Shown here piece by piece: positions 1 to 9,472 of a stretch of 64,000 nucleotides of DNA. Source of the DNA: an uncultured Gemmatimonadota bacterium (GTDB lineage Bacteria; Gemmatimonadota; Gemmatimonadetes; Palauibacterales; Palauibacteraceae); assembly GCA_964480515.1 (NCBI GenBank), contig CAYZOT010000005.1:18674-82673 (forward strand), in the 5' to 3' direction. Numbering within the stretch: position 1 is the stretch's first letter; every line of letters starts with the position of its first letter. Made by a program: the position numbers and the translations under genes. The notes beneath the pieces are model-generated. The model was given only the letters and a program-made list of their open reading frames with translations. It made no database searches and was not told the DNA's origin.

Positions 1-351
1 GGCTCCTTCCTCAACTAAAGCTGCCAGGGAAGCTGCACCAAAGGCTTTGGAACACGATCCAATACTGAAGAGAGTATTCTCGTCGACCTGCGAGCTTTTC
101 CCGAGTTCGCGCACTCCGTAGCCTTTGCTGAGATAGGTCTCGCCATTATCAATGATCGCCAGTGTGAGCCCTGGCACATCCCAACGCTCTAGTCCTGCCT
201 CAACCCAAGCGTCAATCTCATCGATGGTGGGGCGGATGGTTTGAGCGAACGAGGCTGTTGCTGTTATGAGACCCAGCAAGGCCGCAGCCAATGATTGGCC
301 TGCGCGCGCCGGGGGTGTTTTTCGAAACAGTCGCTTTATACAGGGATACAT
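1..351 (-). CDS. Partial (N-terminal ~117 aa; continues beyond window start) secreted serine hydrolase of the beta-lactamase/penicillin-binding-protein-like family
   Basis: My own translation of the minus strand from the ATG at 351: MYPCIKRLFRKTPPARAGQSLAAALLGLITATASFAQ... (signal peptide), then ...NTLFSIGSCSKAFGAASLAALVEEGA with an S-x-x-K active-site motif (SCSK) in the class C beta-lactamase/D-aminopeptidase context F-x-IGS-x-S/T-K. An AGGAGG RBS overlaps the stop of the upstream PQQ dehydrogenase. Absent from the ORF track because the ORF is open at the window edge. Confidence 0.6.
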   Translation of the reverse strand, partial: MYPCIKRLFRKTPPARAGQSLAAALLGLITATASFAQTIRPTIDEIDAWVEAGLERWDVPGLTLAIIDNGETYLSKGYGVRELGKSSQVDENTLFSIGSCSKAFGAASLAALVEEGA

Positions 352-358
352 GTTCCTC

Positions 359-1966
359 CTAAGGGAGCCCGAAGACAAAGACGACGCCGCCAGCGGACGT
401 TACAATCCGCTGCTCGCCATCGATCTCGAAAGACATCGGATTGGTTCTTACCGCGCCACCGGCTTGGAAGTCCCACAGCGATTCGCCGGTGTCCGCGTCG
501 AGCGCGAAGACGTTGCCCTCTTCACTGCCACCGAAGACGAATCCACCGGCTGTTGCCATAAGCCCAGCCCAGGGTGGGGAGTGGAGAGGGAACTCCCATT
601 GAAGTTCTCCAGTCAGAACGTCGAGCGCGCGGATCGCACCGCTCGCCTCGTCTCCCCGCAGGGCTTGTTCTCCGCCGCCATAGAATGGTTGGCCCGGTTC
701 GTACTCTACGTCGGCTTTGTAGTAGACCGAGCCCATAATGCGAACGGCTTGGTAGAAGAGTTTTGTGTGGGGGCTATAACTGGGGCTGTACCAGTTAGCG
801 GCTCCCTGAAGACTGGGCCACACCAGCGTTCCCTCCTCAGTAGGCTCCGTATTTGGCAGGACAATGGGTCGTCCTGTGGTGTCGAGCCCTTCTGCCCAAG
901 TCTGTTTAGAGTAGGGGACACCGGTTAGGAACTCGCCTGTCTCACGGTCGAGTACGTAGTAGAAGGCATTTCGATTCGCCAGTGCTACGAGCTTACGTGG
1001 CTCTCCTTCCCATTCCAGATCAAAGAGAACGGGAATCTGGTTAGCGTCCCAATCATGTGTGTCGTGTGGAGTAAACTGGAAGTACCACTCTATCTCACCT
1101 GTGTCTGGGTCGAGTGCCAGAATACAGTTTGTAAATAGGTTGTCACCCGGTCGAAGGTCCCCATTCCAGTCGGGCGCGGGGTTACCTGTCATCCAGTACA
1201 ACAGATTCAGGTCTGGATCATAGGATCCGGTGAGCCAAGTAGATCCTCCTCCGGTCTCCCAGCTGTTACCACCCCATGTCTCACTCCCTGGTTCGCCGGG
1301 TTCTGGAATTGTGTATCTGCGCCAGAGGAGGTCGCCCGTCTCTGGATCGTAGGCATCGATGAATGCTCGTACCCCGGCCTCAGCACCTGACATTCCCACG
1401 ATCACTTTTCTGTCGAGCGCGAGGGGAGCCATGGTGATTGAGAAACCGATAGAGTTGTCCGCGACCTCTACATCCCACCTCACTGCGCCGGATCGAACAT
1501 CCAGTGCGACGAGGTGGGCATCTAACGTACCAACGAACAATGTTTCACCAAGGATTGCCACACCGCGATTCACTCGAGGGAACCCAATGTTCAGGACATT
1601 GGGTCTGATCTCGGCGTCCCACCTCCATAACCGCCGCCCAGTGCGAACATCGAGCGCACTCACTGAGCTAGGGGGTTCTGTTAGGTACATGATTCCATCG
1701 ACCACCAGTGGTGTTGTTTCGATCAGACCGCTGGGAACTTGATAGGCCCAAATTGTCCTCAAGCTTGCCACATTGGAGCGATCTATCTGAGTGAGGGATG
1801 AGAAGCGATGTGAGGCGTAGTTTCCAGAATATGTCAACCAGTTATGCGGCTCATTCTCCGCATTTCGCAATCGTTCGAAGGAGACCTGCGCAAAGATCGG
1901 GCTCGTTGTAGTTAGCCAGGCAAGACAAAGTAATGCGAGTGTAACACGGTGTGATCGACTGCTCAT
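359..1966 (-). CDS. PQQ-dependent dehydrogenase (methanol/ethanol quinoprotein family, 8-bladed beta-propeller), secreted
   Basis: 535 aa with an N-terminal signal peptide. The hallmark N-terminal quinoprotein motif NWLTYSGNYASHRFSSLTQI is present, with repeated W-containing propeller blades and a PHD-THDWD catalytic-Asp region. A strong RBS (AGGAGGT, 5-nt spacer) precedes the ATG. There is no vicinal Cys-Cys. Confidence 0.85.
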   Translation of the reverse strand: MSSRSHRVTLALLCLAWLTTTSPIFAQVSFERLRNAENEPHNWLTYSGNYASHRFSSLTQIDRSNVASLRTIWAYQVPSGLIETTPLVVDGIMYLTEPPSSVSALDVRTGRRLWRWDAEIRPNVLNIGFPRVNRGVAILGETLFVGTLDAHLVALDVRSGAVRWDVEVADNSIGFSITMAPLALDRKVIVGMSGAEAGVRAFIDAYDPETGDLLWRRYTIPEPGEPGSETWGGNSWETGGGSTWLTGSYDPDLNLLYWMTGNPAPDWNGDLRPGDNLFTNCILALDPDTGEIEWYFQFTPHDTHDWDANQIPVLFDLEWEGEPRKLVALANRNAFYYVLDRETGEFLTGVPYSKQTWAEGLDTTGRPIVLPNTEPTEEGTLVWPSLQGAANWYSPSYSPHTKLFYQAVRIMGSVYYKADVEYEPGQPFYGGGEQALRGDEASGAIRALDVLTGELQWEFPLHSPPWAGLMATAGGFVFGGSEEGNVFALDADTGESLWDFQAGGAVRTNPMSFEIDGEQRIVTSAGGVVFVFGLP

Positions 1967-2760
1967 GATCCACCTCCTAGGGTCACCAGGTATGCCACGA
2001 GGTCATCGACTTCCTCGTCGGTCATGTCCTGTGCGGCAGGCATCAGTGAATGGTCAAAGCGTTTTTCGAGTGATGTTAGATCAGCCTTTCGAAGCGAAAT
2101 TAACGACCCTGATACAGTCATCAGTTGAAGAGAAAAGGGGTCTTCATTGACACGCATACCATTGAGGACACGCCCTTCACGCGTTACTGCACGTACAGGT
2201 AGATACTGCGTGAATCCGTTCGCGGTTCCCCGACGAGTTGTTGGAAGGTCTGCTGCGGGATTCCGGAGTGATTCATATAGGTAATCGGCCCCACGTCGGA
2301 GTCCTAGATTGGTGAGTTCTGGCCCGACTGCTTTCCCTTGGCCATCGACGATGTGACAGGAATAACAGTCGCCGGCGCTCTGGAATAGATTGCGTCCGCG
2401 CTCTGCGTCACCTGGGATTTCGATCACTGCCGCTTCACCAAGCGACAATACAAAAGCGGCGACGAGGTCGGTCTCAAGTGCAGGTAGAAGAGTCGCACCC
2501 ACCCCTCCCATACCAGTACCCGCAATCCCGCGTCGGATCACTCGTACCATAGATGCGTGGTCCGGGGCTCGAGGTAGTGTCGGTCTGGCGAGGTTGGGCC
2601 CTTCGCCTCCGAGCCCAAGCATACCATGGCAACGTCCGCAGTGTGACTGGTAGAGGAGTCGTCCCCGTTCAAACCCGACTTCAGTCACCTCCAGCGGGTT
2701 CTGAGCTGAGACTCCACGGCCCAAGGCTAGACATAAGAGAGCCATGAAAATTAATCGCAT
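1963..2760 (-). CDS. Di-haem c-type cytochrome (probable electron acceptor of the downstream PQQ dehydrogenase)
   Basis: Two CxxCH motifs (CGRCHG and CYSCHIVDGQG). The start is placed at the internal Met giving the signal peptide MRLIFMALLCLALGRGVSAQ; the ORF-track start at 2844 adds 28 non-signal residues. The stop overlaps the PQQ-DH start (ATGA), so the two are translationally coupled. Confidence 0.7.
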   Translation of the reverse strand: MRLIFMALLCLALGRGVSAQNPLEVTEVGFERGRLLYQSHCGRCHGMLGLGGEGPNLARPTLPRAPDHASMVRVIRRGIAGTGMGGVGATLLPALETDLVAAFVLSLGEAAVIEIPGDAERGRNLFQSAGDCYSCHIVDGQGKAVGPELTNLGLRRGADYLYESLRNPAADLPTTRRGTANGFTQYLPVRAVTREGRVLNGMRVNEDPFSLQLMTVSGSLISLRKADLTSLEKRFDHSLMPAAQDMTDEEVDDLVAYLVTLGGGS

Positions 2761-3047
2761 TGCCGCGTCCTTTTGGGAGTGCAAACCCACGTCAACTCGT
2801 AGCGAACGTAGAGATTCGAAAAGTAAGTGGGCAACCCACCACAACCCTAATGTGTTTTCAGAGGAAGAGTTTTTTACGCTTCACTAAGGTGCCAACTCTG
2901 GTTGTTTCGGTGTCCACCGTTCGAGCCAATAAAGTTCCATAACATCACACCTCGCGGTAAACGTGGCACTTGATCGGTATTGTCCGATCTGGTGTTGAGC
3001 AATAGTGATTGGAGTGAACCAAGCTGACTCTCTATCGGGGGGAAATC

Positions 3048-5024
3048 GTGGTTAGGACTTTATACATGTGGATCTTGAGCCCCGTCGTTATGTGTTCGAT
3101 TGTGCTTCTGGCTTGTGAAGGGTTTCCTTCGCCGTTACGAGGCCCAAGCCTTCCGCTCACACTTGAGAATATCTATCGGGTCGGAAGTGGCGCGGGTCGA
3201 TCGGTTCTTTCACCTGATGGTCAGAGGGTTGCCGTATCCGGGTCAGGCAAAAAAGGCCCGGGTGTTTATGTCTCCTTAATTGGTGAGGCTGATACCCAAT
3301 GGGAACTGTTGGCGCAGGGTGCCTCGCAGGTGTGGTCCCCGGACGGCACAAAGTTGGCCTTTACCCATAATGCTGGGCTGCACATCGCAAGTTTGGGGTC
3401 CAAAGAAAAAACTGTAGTGGACGGAATTTCGGGCATACGTACACCGTCGTGGTCACCGAATGGACATACCATTGCATTCTACTCGACTCAGTCCGGTTTC
3501 CAGGACATTTGGCTTGCATCAGATGATGGATCGATGCCACTGCGCCAACTTACCCGCGAAGCCGCGGAGGCGGACGACGGTCGGTTTACCCCCATGTGGT
3601 CTCCCAATGGCCAGTGGATAGCCTTCATCTCGAATCGTGCAGACTGGTGGCACGACGATGTTTGGTTGGTAGATGTCGTATCTGCCGAGGCTTATAGGGT
3701 GTCTGAGTTTTTAATGGCTTCGTCGAGCCCCGTGTGGTCCCCGGACGGTCAGAGTCTCGTGATCATGGGGACTGCTAAAGATGAATATTGGTACGAAGAT
3801 CTTTCTTATCTATATCGCATTGACCTGGATTTCACAGGTAAAACCCCACGCACGGTGCGGGAGGCTCCAATTGAGATGCAAGTTTACGCCTCTGATTACA
3901 TCATGCGCTTCGATCCATTCTGGTCAGGCGATGGAAATCGAGTCTACTTCCCATATCATGAGCGAGGGGCGTTTGATTTGTGGGCTGTCCCCGCAGACGG
4001 TGGTGTGGCAACACGCGTCACGAATATAGGAGGTTCATGGGCATCGTTAGATGCGACCCCTGATGGGTCTCGTGCCGTATTCACTCGAGACGCTCCGACT
4101 GAAGGGAGAGAGTCGTGGCTGATTGACCTTGAAGGTGGCTTGCCTCGCCAGTTGACAGACTTCTCACCTCACTTCGCGGAAGTTCAGCAGCCAACGGAAA
4201 TTTCGTTCCGCACGTTCGATGGACTCTATCTTCAAGGATTCCTCTACCTGCCTCCCGCGATTGTCGGTGGTTCGGGTGCGTTGCAAGATTTTCTGAAACG
4301 TCAACCGCCGGGAGATTACGCAGGCCCTGCTTGTCCCGCGTTAGTCCAAGTGCATGGTGGTGGGACAAACTCGTACTACCAGGGGACAAATCTGACCGAA
4401 CAGTACCTGGCTTCGCGTGGATTCGTGGTTCTCGCGATCAACTACCGCGGCGGGTCTGGATTTGGGCGTGACTTTCAGGACCTTTCGATTGAGGATTGGC
4501 TGAATGACCAATCGAAGGATCCAGGTGCCGCATCAGACTGGCTAAGAGCGCAGCCATGGGTCAGTGAGAACGTTGGCATTTACGGAGGCAGCTATGGTGG
4601 TATGCAATCCATGTCTGCCATTACGCGTACACCCGACAAGTTTGATGCGGCGGTTCCAATGCGTGGCATTTACTCCGAAACGCTGACACTCCCATACGCT
4701 GATCGGCTCGGGAAAATCTTTACGATCACGGGGCATGGGGGCACGCCCGAAGAACGGCCCGAGATTTACGCGAAGACTGAAACACTTGACCGGATGGACC
4801 GGATCACGGCTCCGGTACTCATTATGCACGGTGAACATGATGTGCGCGCACCTTTCGAAAATTTCAGTCTCGCCGTCGAGCGATTAGAGACGCTGGGCAT
4901 GGAATTTGAATCGATGACCTACCCTGAAGGGCATGGCTTCCGGGACCCCGCAAATTCGATCGATATGTACTCGCGTCTCGAGACGTTTTTCCGCAAACAT
5001 TTGGGCGAGTGTGTCGCAGGGTAG
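3048..5024 (+). CDS. S9 family serine peptidase (prolyl oligopeptidase/acylaminoacyl-peptidase-like) with N-terminal TolB-like WD40 propeller
   Basis: Repeated WSPDG/SPDG propeller motifs in the N-terminal half. The C-terminal alpha/beta-hydrolase part carries the nucleophile elbow GGSYGG (GxSxG), a catalytic Asp region HGEHDVRAP and a His region PEGHGF. Confidence 0.8.
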   Translation: MVRTLYMWILSPVVMCSIVLLACEGFPSPLRGPSLPLTLENIYRVGSGAGRSVLSPDGQRVAVSGSGKKGPGVYVSLIGEADTQWELLAQGASQVWSPDGTKLAFTHNAGLHIASLGSKEKTVVDGISGIRTPSWSPNGHTIAFYSTQSGFQDIWLASDDGSMPLRQLTREAAEADDGRFTPMWSPNGQWIAFISNRADWWHDDVWLVDVVSAEAYRVSEFLMASSSPVWSPDGQSLVIMGTAKDEYWYEDLSYLYRIDLDFTGKTPRTVREAPIEMQVYASDYIMRFDPFWSGDGNRVYFPYHERGAFDLWAVPADGGVATRVTNIGGSWASLDATPDGSRAVFTRDAPTEGRESWLIDLEGGLPRQLTDFSPHFAEVQQPTEISFRTFDGLYLQGFLYLPPAIVGGSGALQDFLKRQPPGDYAGPACPALVQVHGGGTNSYYQGTNLTEQYLASRGFVVLAINYRGGSGFGRDFQDLSIEDWLNDQSKDPGAASDWLRAQPWVSENVGIYGGSYGGMQSMSAITRTPDKFDAAVPMRGIYSETLTLPYADRLGKIFTITGHGGTPEERPEIYAKTETLDRMDRITAPVLIMHGEHDVRAPFENFSLAVERLETLGMEFESMTYPEGHGFRDPANSIDMYSRLETFFRKHLGECVAG

Positions 5025-5233
5025 TTTATGCGCCGGACGCGAATGTGGTTTGCGATTTAGAAGATGAGTGAAGTCGTGTGCTGATTACCATCGTGCGGGA
5101 GCCCTGTGACGATTCGGTCAGACGGTCGCGAACCGTGGGGCAGGAGTCGTAGGTGTGGCTCTTGACGCATAGGCCGACATGCTGCCCGATACGGGTGAAT
5201 CTCGTCAAGAAAATTCAAACATGGAACACTAGA

Positions 5234-7705
5234 ATGAAACGAAGATCACTTTTTCTTATCGTTGTGCTCGCAACCTTCTTTTGCATGACAGCCCGCCCGA
5301 TATCTGTCGACGGCCAATGGAAGGCCCGTTATCCGAAAGTCGATGGGTACAATCACCACGTATACCTGGAAGGGTATGAGCTTCCATTCCTTACGAACGG
5401 TCCCATCGATCCTGCACCATCGCCGGACGGCGATCGGGTGGCCTTCTCCGCGCGAGGTTGGATCTGGGTCATGGATTTAGAGACAAGCTCTGCGCGTCGG
5501 CTGACTATGGGGCCAGACATGGATTTTCGCCCCGCATGGTCACCCGACGGCCGTATGCTAGCGTTCGTGAGGGACAATGATCACGACACCTCGATTATGT
5601 TCATCGACAGTGACTCGGGTGCCGAGCTGGGCCAAGTAGATTCTCCCGCGCTCGAACTTGATCCGGCATTCTCCGCAGATGGCACCTTACTCTTCTATTC
5701 TTCAGCGGAAGAGGGTGACCTGGATCTTTGGGCGATTAACATCGTCAGCCACGAAAAACGCCGTGTCACGTCAGATGAAGGAATCGAGCTCCGCCCTCAA
5801 CCTGGAGCAAACTCGTTAGTCTACCTTAAAAAGGGATCCCGGATCTCGGATCAAGTGGTGCTCCGAGTCCCTGGAGTTGATACTCCCCGGATCTTGATCC
5901 AGGGTAAAATCGCGTCGATGGCGCGTCCGGCATTAAGCCCCGATGAGTCCACCATTGCACTGAACTGGCCTACACAAGATGGGTGGGAACTTCGTCTGCT
6001 GAATGTTGATGACCCAGGACCCTCGATTCTTCTTGCCTCTGGAGGGCTCCCGCTAACCCCTGCTTGGAGTGCCAATGGAGAGTGGATCTACTTTTCTGAA
6101 GCGGATGAACGTGAACGGATGAGGCTAAAGCGAGTTCGTGGAATAGGCGGCCCGATAGAGGTGGTGCCTGTTCTCAGCTGGGAATGGGGAGAACCAACGT
6201 CAACGGTCCGTGTCCGCACGGTGTTCGAATCCGGCGGTGCTCCCGTGCCTGCTCGCCTGAACGTACTAGACGCGCGCGGGCATCCGATTATCCCTGCGGA
6301 GACGGCCGCTCGATTCGATGGGGAGAGTGGGCGCGTCTTCTTCTACTCCCCCGGTGTAATCGAACTTTCCGTCCCAGGAAGAGTTGCTACAGTGTCGGCA
6401 GTTCAAGGGCTTGCCACGCCTGAAGTCACGGAGAGCACCGATCTCGGACTACAAGGGGTCACTGAACTTGAAATTGTCCTTTCACCTCTTTGGGATGCGC
6501 GTGCTGCAGGGTGGACTTCAGGTGAGCATCATTTCCACCTCAACTACGGTGGCCCGTACGACCTCTCACCGTCTGATCTTGTGCCGATAATGAAGGGTGA
6601 AGCACTTGATCTGGCGACCCCGTTGCTTGCAAACCTTCATAATCGATTTGAGGACCAGGATCTTTGGCGTTGGCAGAAGTCTGATCAAGCCCCGTTGATC
6701 CGCTTTGGCCAGGAGGTACGTGCTCATTTTTTAGGACACGTGGGGTTGATTGGTATCGACGAGCTATTTTGGCCTTGGGTTTGGGGCCCAGTTGGATCCG
6801 AGGTGTATGGCTCGGATGACCGAGAGAATGCTGAAGCGCTTTCTCATGCCCGATCGCAGGGCGGGTTGGGTTATTATGTACATCCGGTCAGTCCTAATAG
6901 ACCAAAAGAAGCGGCCCCTTGGGCTGAGCTGCCATTCGCCGAACTCATGCCGAATATTCCCCTTGAAATCGTCGCAGATGCGGTCTTGGGGGATCTTGAT
7001 GCGCTTGAGGTAGTATGCCTTTGGAGCGATGAGGTGAGTACGGCCCAACTCTGGCACCGGTTTCTCAACCTCGGCATCCCGGTGGCTCCCTCTGCCGGTA
7101 CGGATGTTATGACTAATTTCTATCGTACGATGGCTCCGGGTACGGCACGGGTGTACGCTCAGACGGGCGATGTACTGAACTGGCCCACATATCTGGATGC
7201 ACTGCGTCACGGTCGTTCTTTCGTGACGAATGGCCCGTTTCTCGACTTCCGTATCGGAGGAGGTACCCCTGGCGATGTCATATCAGCGGGCGCTGCGGAA
7301 TGGGAGTTGGATCTCCTCACTGCCTCGGGCGTTGATCAAGTCGATCTGATCGTGAATGGTGAAGTTGTTTGGTCTGAATCTGGTATTGAATCAGCCGGTT
7401 CTCGAAAGTATCAGGGCAAAATCGAACTTCCCGAAGGAGGCTGGGTTGCGATCCGAGCCCTTGGGGGAGAAGCAAATTGGCCGAGCATGGCTAACTATCC
7501 GTTCGCGCATACTGGGCCGGTGTGGATCAAGGCGGTTGGGAGCACAGATCAACAGGCCAGAACTGCCGCGGCACAGGAGCTGATGCAAGTCCTAGCACTA
7601 GGAGAGGGACGACTGATCCAGGGCTATCGCGATGCGGACATTCCAAACCTTCTCGCCCGCTTTGCTGAGGCGCGTTCACGCCTGGAGACTTTAGCTGTTC
7701 CTTGA
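5234..7705 (+). CDS. TolB-like beta-propeller fused to a putative metal-dependent hydrolase domain (PHP/CehA-McbA-like, HxH motif)
   Basis: Start moved to the internal ATG at 5234, which gives the signal peptide MKRRSLFLIVVLATFFCMTA (the ORF-track start 5153 adds 27 aa). The N-terminal half has PSPDGDRVAF/WSPDGRMLAF/FSADGTLLF TolB-type repeats. The C-terminal half has EHHFHLNYGG followed by spaced His/Asp/Glu residues typical of binuclear metallohydrolases. The family assignment of the C-terminal domain is uncertain. Confidence 0.5.
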   Translation: MKRRSLFLIVVLATFFCMTARPISVDGQWKARYPKVDGYNHHVYLEGYELPFLTNGPIDPAPSPDGDRVAFSARGWIWVMDLETSSARRLTMGPDMDFRPAWSPDGRMLAFVRDNDHDTSIMFIDSDSGAELGQVDSPALELDPAFSADGTLLFYSSAEEGDLDLWAINIVSHEKRRVTSDEGIELRPQPGANSLVYLKKGSRISDQVVLRVPGVDTPRILIQGKIASMARPALSPDESTIALNWPTQDGWELRLLNVDDPGPSILLASGGLPLTPAWSANGEWIYFSEADERERMRLKRVRGIGGPIEVVPVLSWEWGEPTSTVRVRTVFESGGAPVPARLNVLDARGHPIIPAETAARFDGESGRVFFYSPGVIELSVPGRVATVSAVQGLATPEVTESTDLGLQGVTELEIVLSPLWDARAAGWTSGEHHFHLNYGGPYDLSPSDLVPIMKGEALDLATPLLANLHNRFEDQDLWRWQKSDQAPLIRFGQEVRAHFLGHVGLIGIDELFWPWVWGPVGSEVYGSDDRENAEALSHARSQGGLGYYVHPVSPNRPKEAAPWAELPFAELMPNIPLEIVADAVLGDLDALEVVCLWSDEVSTAQLWHRFLNLGIPVAPSAGTDVMTNFYRTMAPGTARVYAQTGDVLNWPTYLDALRHGRSFVTNGPFLDFRIGGGTPGDVISAGAAEWELDLLTASGVDQVDLIVNGEVVWSESGIESAGSRKYQGKIELPEGGWVAIRALGGEANWPSMANYPFAHTGPVWIKAVGSTDQQARTAAAQELMQVLALGEGRLIQGYRDADIPNLLARFAEARSRLETLAVP

Positions 7706-7742
7706 GGTTTTCGGCCGTTCTGTTTCTGAGGGTGTTTCTGCT

Positions 7743-8180
7743 GTGGTGAAGCGATCGATCGCTCTTGTGATAGAAGATCTAACGGAAGAGGGCATTCGCT
7801 GGTTGCTGGTGCGCCGCCCTCCGGATGATCACGACCTCCCGAATATTTGGGGTTTGCCCGCTGGTTCACACCGGGAAGGCGAAACGGAGGAGGCGCTTGT
7901 CGCTCGGATTGGACACGACAAGCTTGGTGTCGAACTGTCATCATCTATTGAGCTGCTAGCGGAAGGTTCAGATAGCCGGACAGAGGGCGAACTCGTTATG
8001 CGGCTATACTCCGCGAGTATTGTCTCCGGACAGCCTGAGGTGCCACAGGCGATTACAGGAGTAACTCAATACACCGAGTGGGCATGGGGGCTCTCCGAAG
8101 ATCTTGTTGCCGGTGCCTCCTGTGGTTCCCTGTGCTGTGAGCTGGGATTAGATCTGGTTTCCGGGACTGACGGAACGTAG
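7743..8180 (+). CDS. Small Nudix-like hydrolase (degenerate Nudix box)
   Basis: 145 aa. WLLVRRPP...WGLPAGSHREGETEEALVARIGHDKLGV resembles the Nudix fold and box (Gx5Ex7REUxEExGU) but with substitutions, so the call is weak. Confidence 0.35.
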   Translation: MVKRSIALVIEDLTEEGIRWLLVRRPPDDHDLPNIWGLPAGSHREGETEEALVARIGHDKLGVELSSSIELLAEGSDSRTEGELVMRLYSASIVSGQPEVPQAITGVTQYTEWAWGLSEDLVAGASCGSLCCELGLDLVSGTDGT

Positions 8181-8183
8181 GAA

Positions 8184-9452
8184 ATGAATAGATATGAGAC
8201 TCTAGACCTTCCGAAGGCCCACAAGATATCTCACCCCCCCTTCTGTTCTTTTTTTGGCTATTATGACAAATGCCCCTGGGACGAAACCAATCGATATCTG
8301 TTGGGTCATCGCGTTGATCGGACGAGCACCCCGACCGATCATGGCTCGATCGTTACCGTCGGTCACTATGATCTTGAGGATGGCAATCATTTTACTCCTC
8401 TAGCGGAAACGACGAGTTGGAATTGGCAGCAAGGGGCAATGCTGCAATGGCTCGAGACGAGCCCTACAGACAAGGTTTTGTTCAATCGTGCTACCGACTG
8501 CGGATACCAAACTGTCGTCTGTGACCTCAAGAACGGACATGAGAGGACGGTTGATAAACCGCTTGTTGCTGCCTCTCCTCGCGGAGACTTCATCTTGTCC
8601 TATGATTTTTCGCGGCTGGCTGTTACCCACCCCACCATTGGCTATTTCACTCATCCAATAGCTCGGAACCTTGAGAAACAACCGTCCGACGATGGGCTCT
8701 TCTGCGTTGACTTGAGGAGTGGCGAGGAGAGCCTGATCCTCAGTTATGCTGCTGCGGCTTCTCTTCAACCCTTGCCGTCAATGAACAGCGCGATCCATTG
8801 GTTTACCCACGCGGCAGTAAACCCAACTGGGACCCGGATACTCTTCTTGCACCGTTGGACGAAACGGGTGGAGGATGAAAATCAGTGGTTCCACCGTCTG
8901 ATCACCGCGAATCCGGATGGCAGCTCAATCGCTATCCTTCAAACCAGTGAGCATCCTGCCCCGAGCGGCGATGAGGGAAGTGATTGGACCTATGCGTACG
9001 AAGAAAACGCTAATCAGATATCCCACCCAGTCTGGGTCGGCGCGGACCACATCTTGGCATGGTCTACCCGCGGGGAGCGCAGTCGATATCATCTCTACAC
9101 CGACCGGTCCTCTGACGTCGAAGAAATAGGTGGCGACACTCTTCGACAAAATGGGCATTTCACGATTAGCCCAAACAAAAAATGGCTACTGAGCGACACC
9201 TATCCAGATCCAAGCAACTCTTGTCGTAGCCTGTTCTTATTTCATTTGACCGAAAGACGGACCGTTCCACTCGGGGACTTCTTTTCTGATCCACACTTAG
9301 CAAAAGAAGCGCGGTGTGATTTGCATCCACGCTGGCGGCGGGACGGGCAAGCGGTTTGCATCGATTCGGTACACGAGGGAGATCGACAACTCTACACCAT
9401 TGACGTCTCACACCTAGTAGATACTCCTTTGCGAGAACCACGCCGACCTTAG
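8184..9452 (+). CDS. Oligogalacturonate-lyase-like (Ogl/PF14583-type) beta-propeller protein
   Basis: 422 aa. The N-terminal FGYYDKCPWDETNRYLLG resembles the Ogl N-terminus (Y-x-KCF-x-x-DG-x-LLFG). The C-terminal CDLHPRWRRDGQAVCIDSVHEGDRQLYTIDV resembles the Ogl C-terminal THPHPSF-x-DDKQILFTSD segment. Based on recalled Ogl sequences only; moderate confidence. Confidence 0.45.
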   Translation: MNRYETLDLPKAHKISHPPFCSFFGYYDKCPWDETNRYLLGHRVDRTSTPTDHGSIVTVGHYDLEDGNHFTPLAETTSWNWQQGAMLQWLETSPTDKVLFNRATDCGYQTVVCDLKNGHERTVDKPLVAASPRGDFILSYDFSRLAVTHPTIGYFTHPIARNLEKQPSDDGLFCVDLRSGEESLILSYAAAASLQPLPSMNSAIHWFTHAAVNPTGTRILFLHRWTKRVEDENQWFHRLITANPDGSSIAILQTSEHPAPSGDEGSDWTYAYEENANQISHPVWVGADHILAWSTRGERSRYHLYTDRSSDVEEIGGDTLRQNGHFTISPNKKWLLSDTYPDPSNSCRSLFLFHLTERRTVPLGDFFSDPHLAKEARCDLHPRWRRDGQAVCIDSVHEGDRQLYTIDVSHLVDTPLREPRRP

Positions 9453-9472
9453 GAATATCTCGGTTACTCGCC

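Noticed and set aside
266-928. 220-aa plus-strand ORF (and the nested 295..561 ORF) at the window start
   Set aside because: It lies entirely antisense to the well-supported PQQ dehydrogenase (359..1966) and to the partial beta-lactamase-like gene (1..351). Its arginine-rich translation is typical of GC-rich antisense shadow ORFs, and no RBS or family motif supports it.
5153-5233. N-terminal extensions of ORF-track calls (5153, 50265, 54432, 2844, 37808, 27194, 13661)
   Set aside because: In each case an internal ATG preceded by a Shine-Dalgarno-like sequence yields a canonical signal peptide, or removes an overlap with a neighbouring gene. The longer upstream-extended ORF is considered an artefact of longest-ORF calling.
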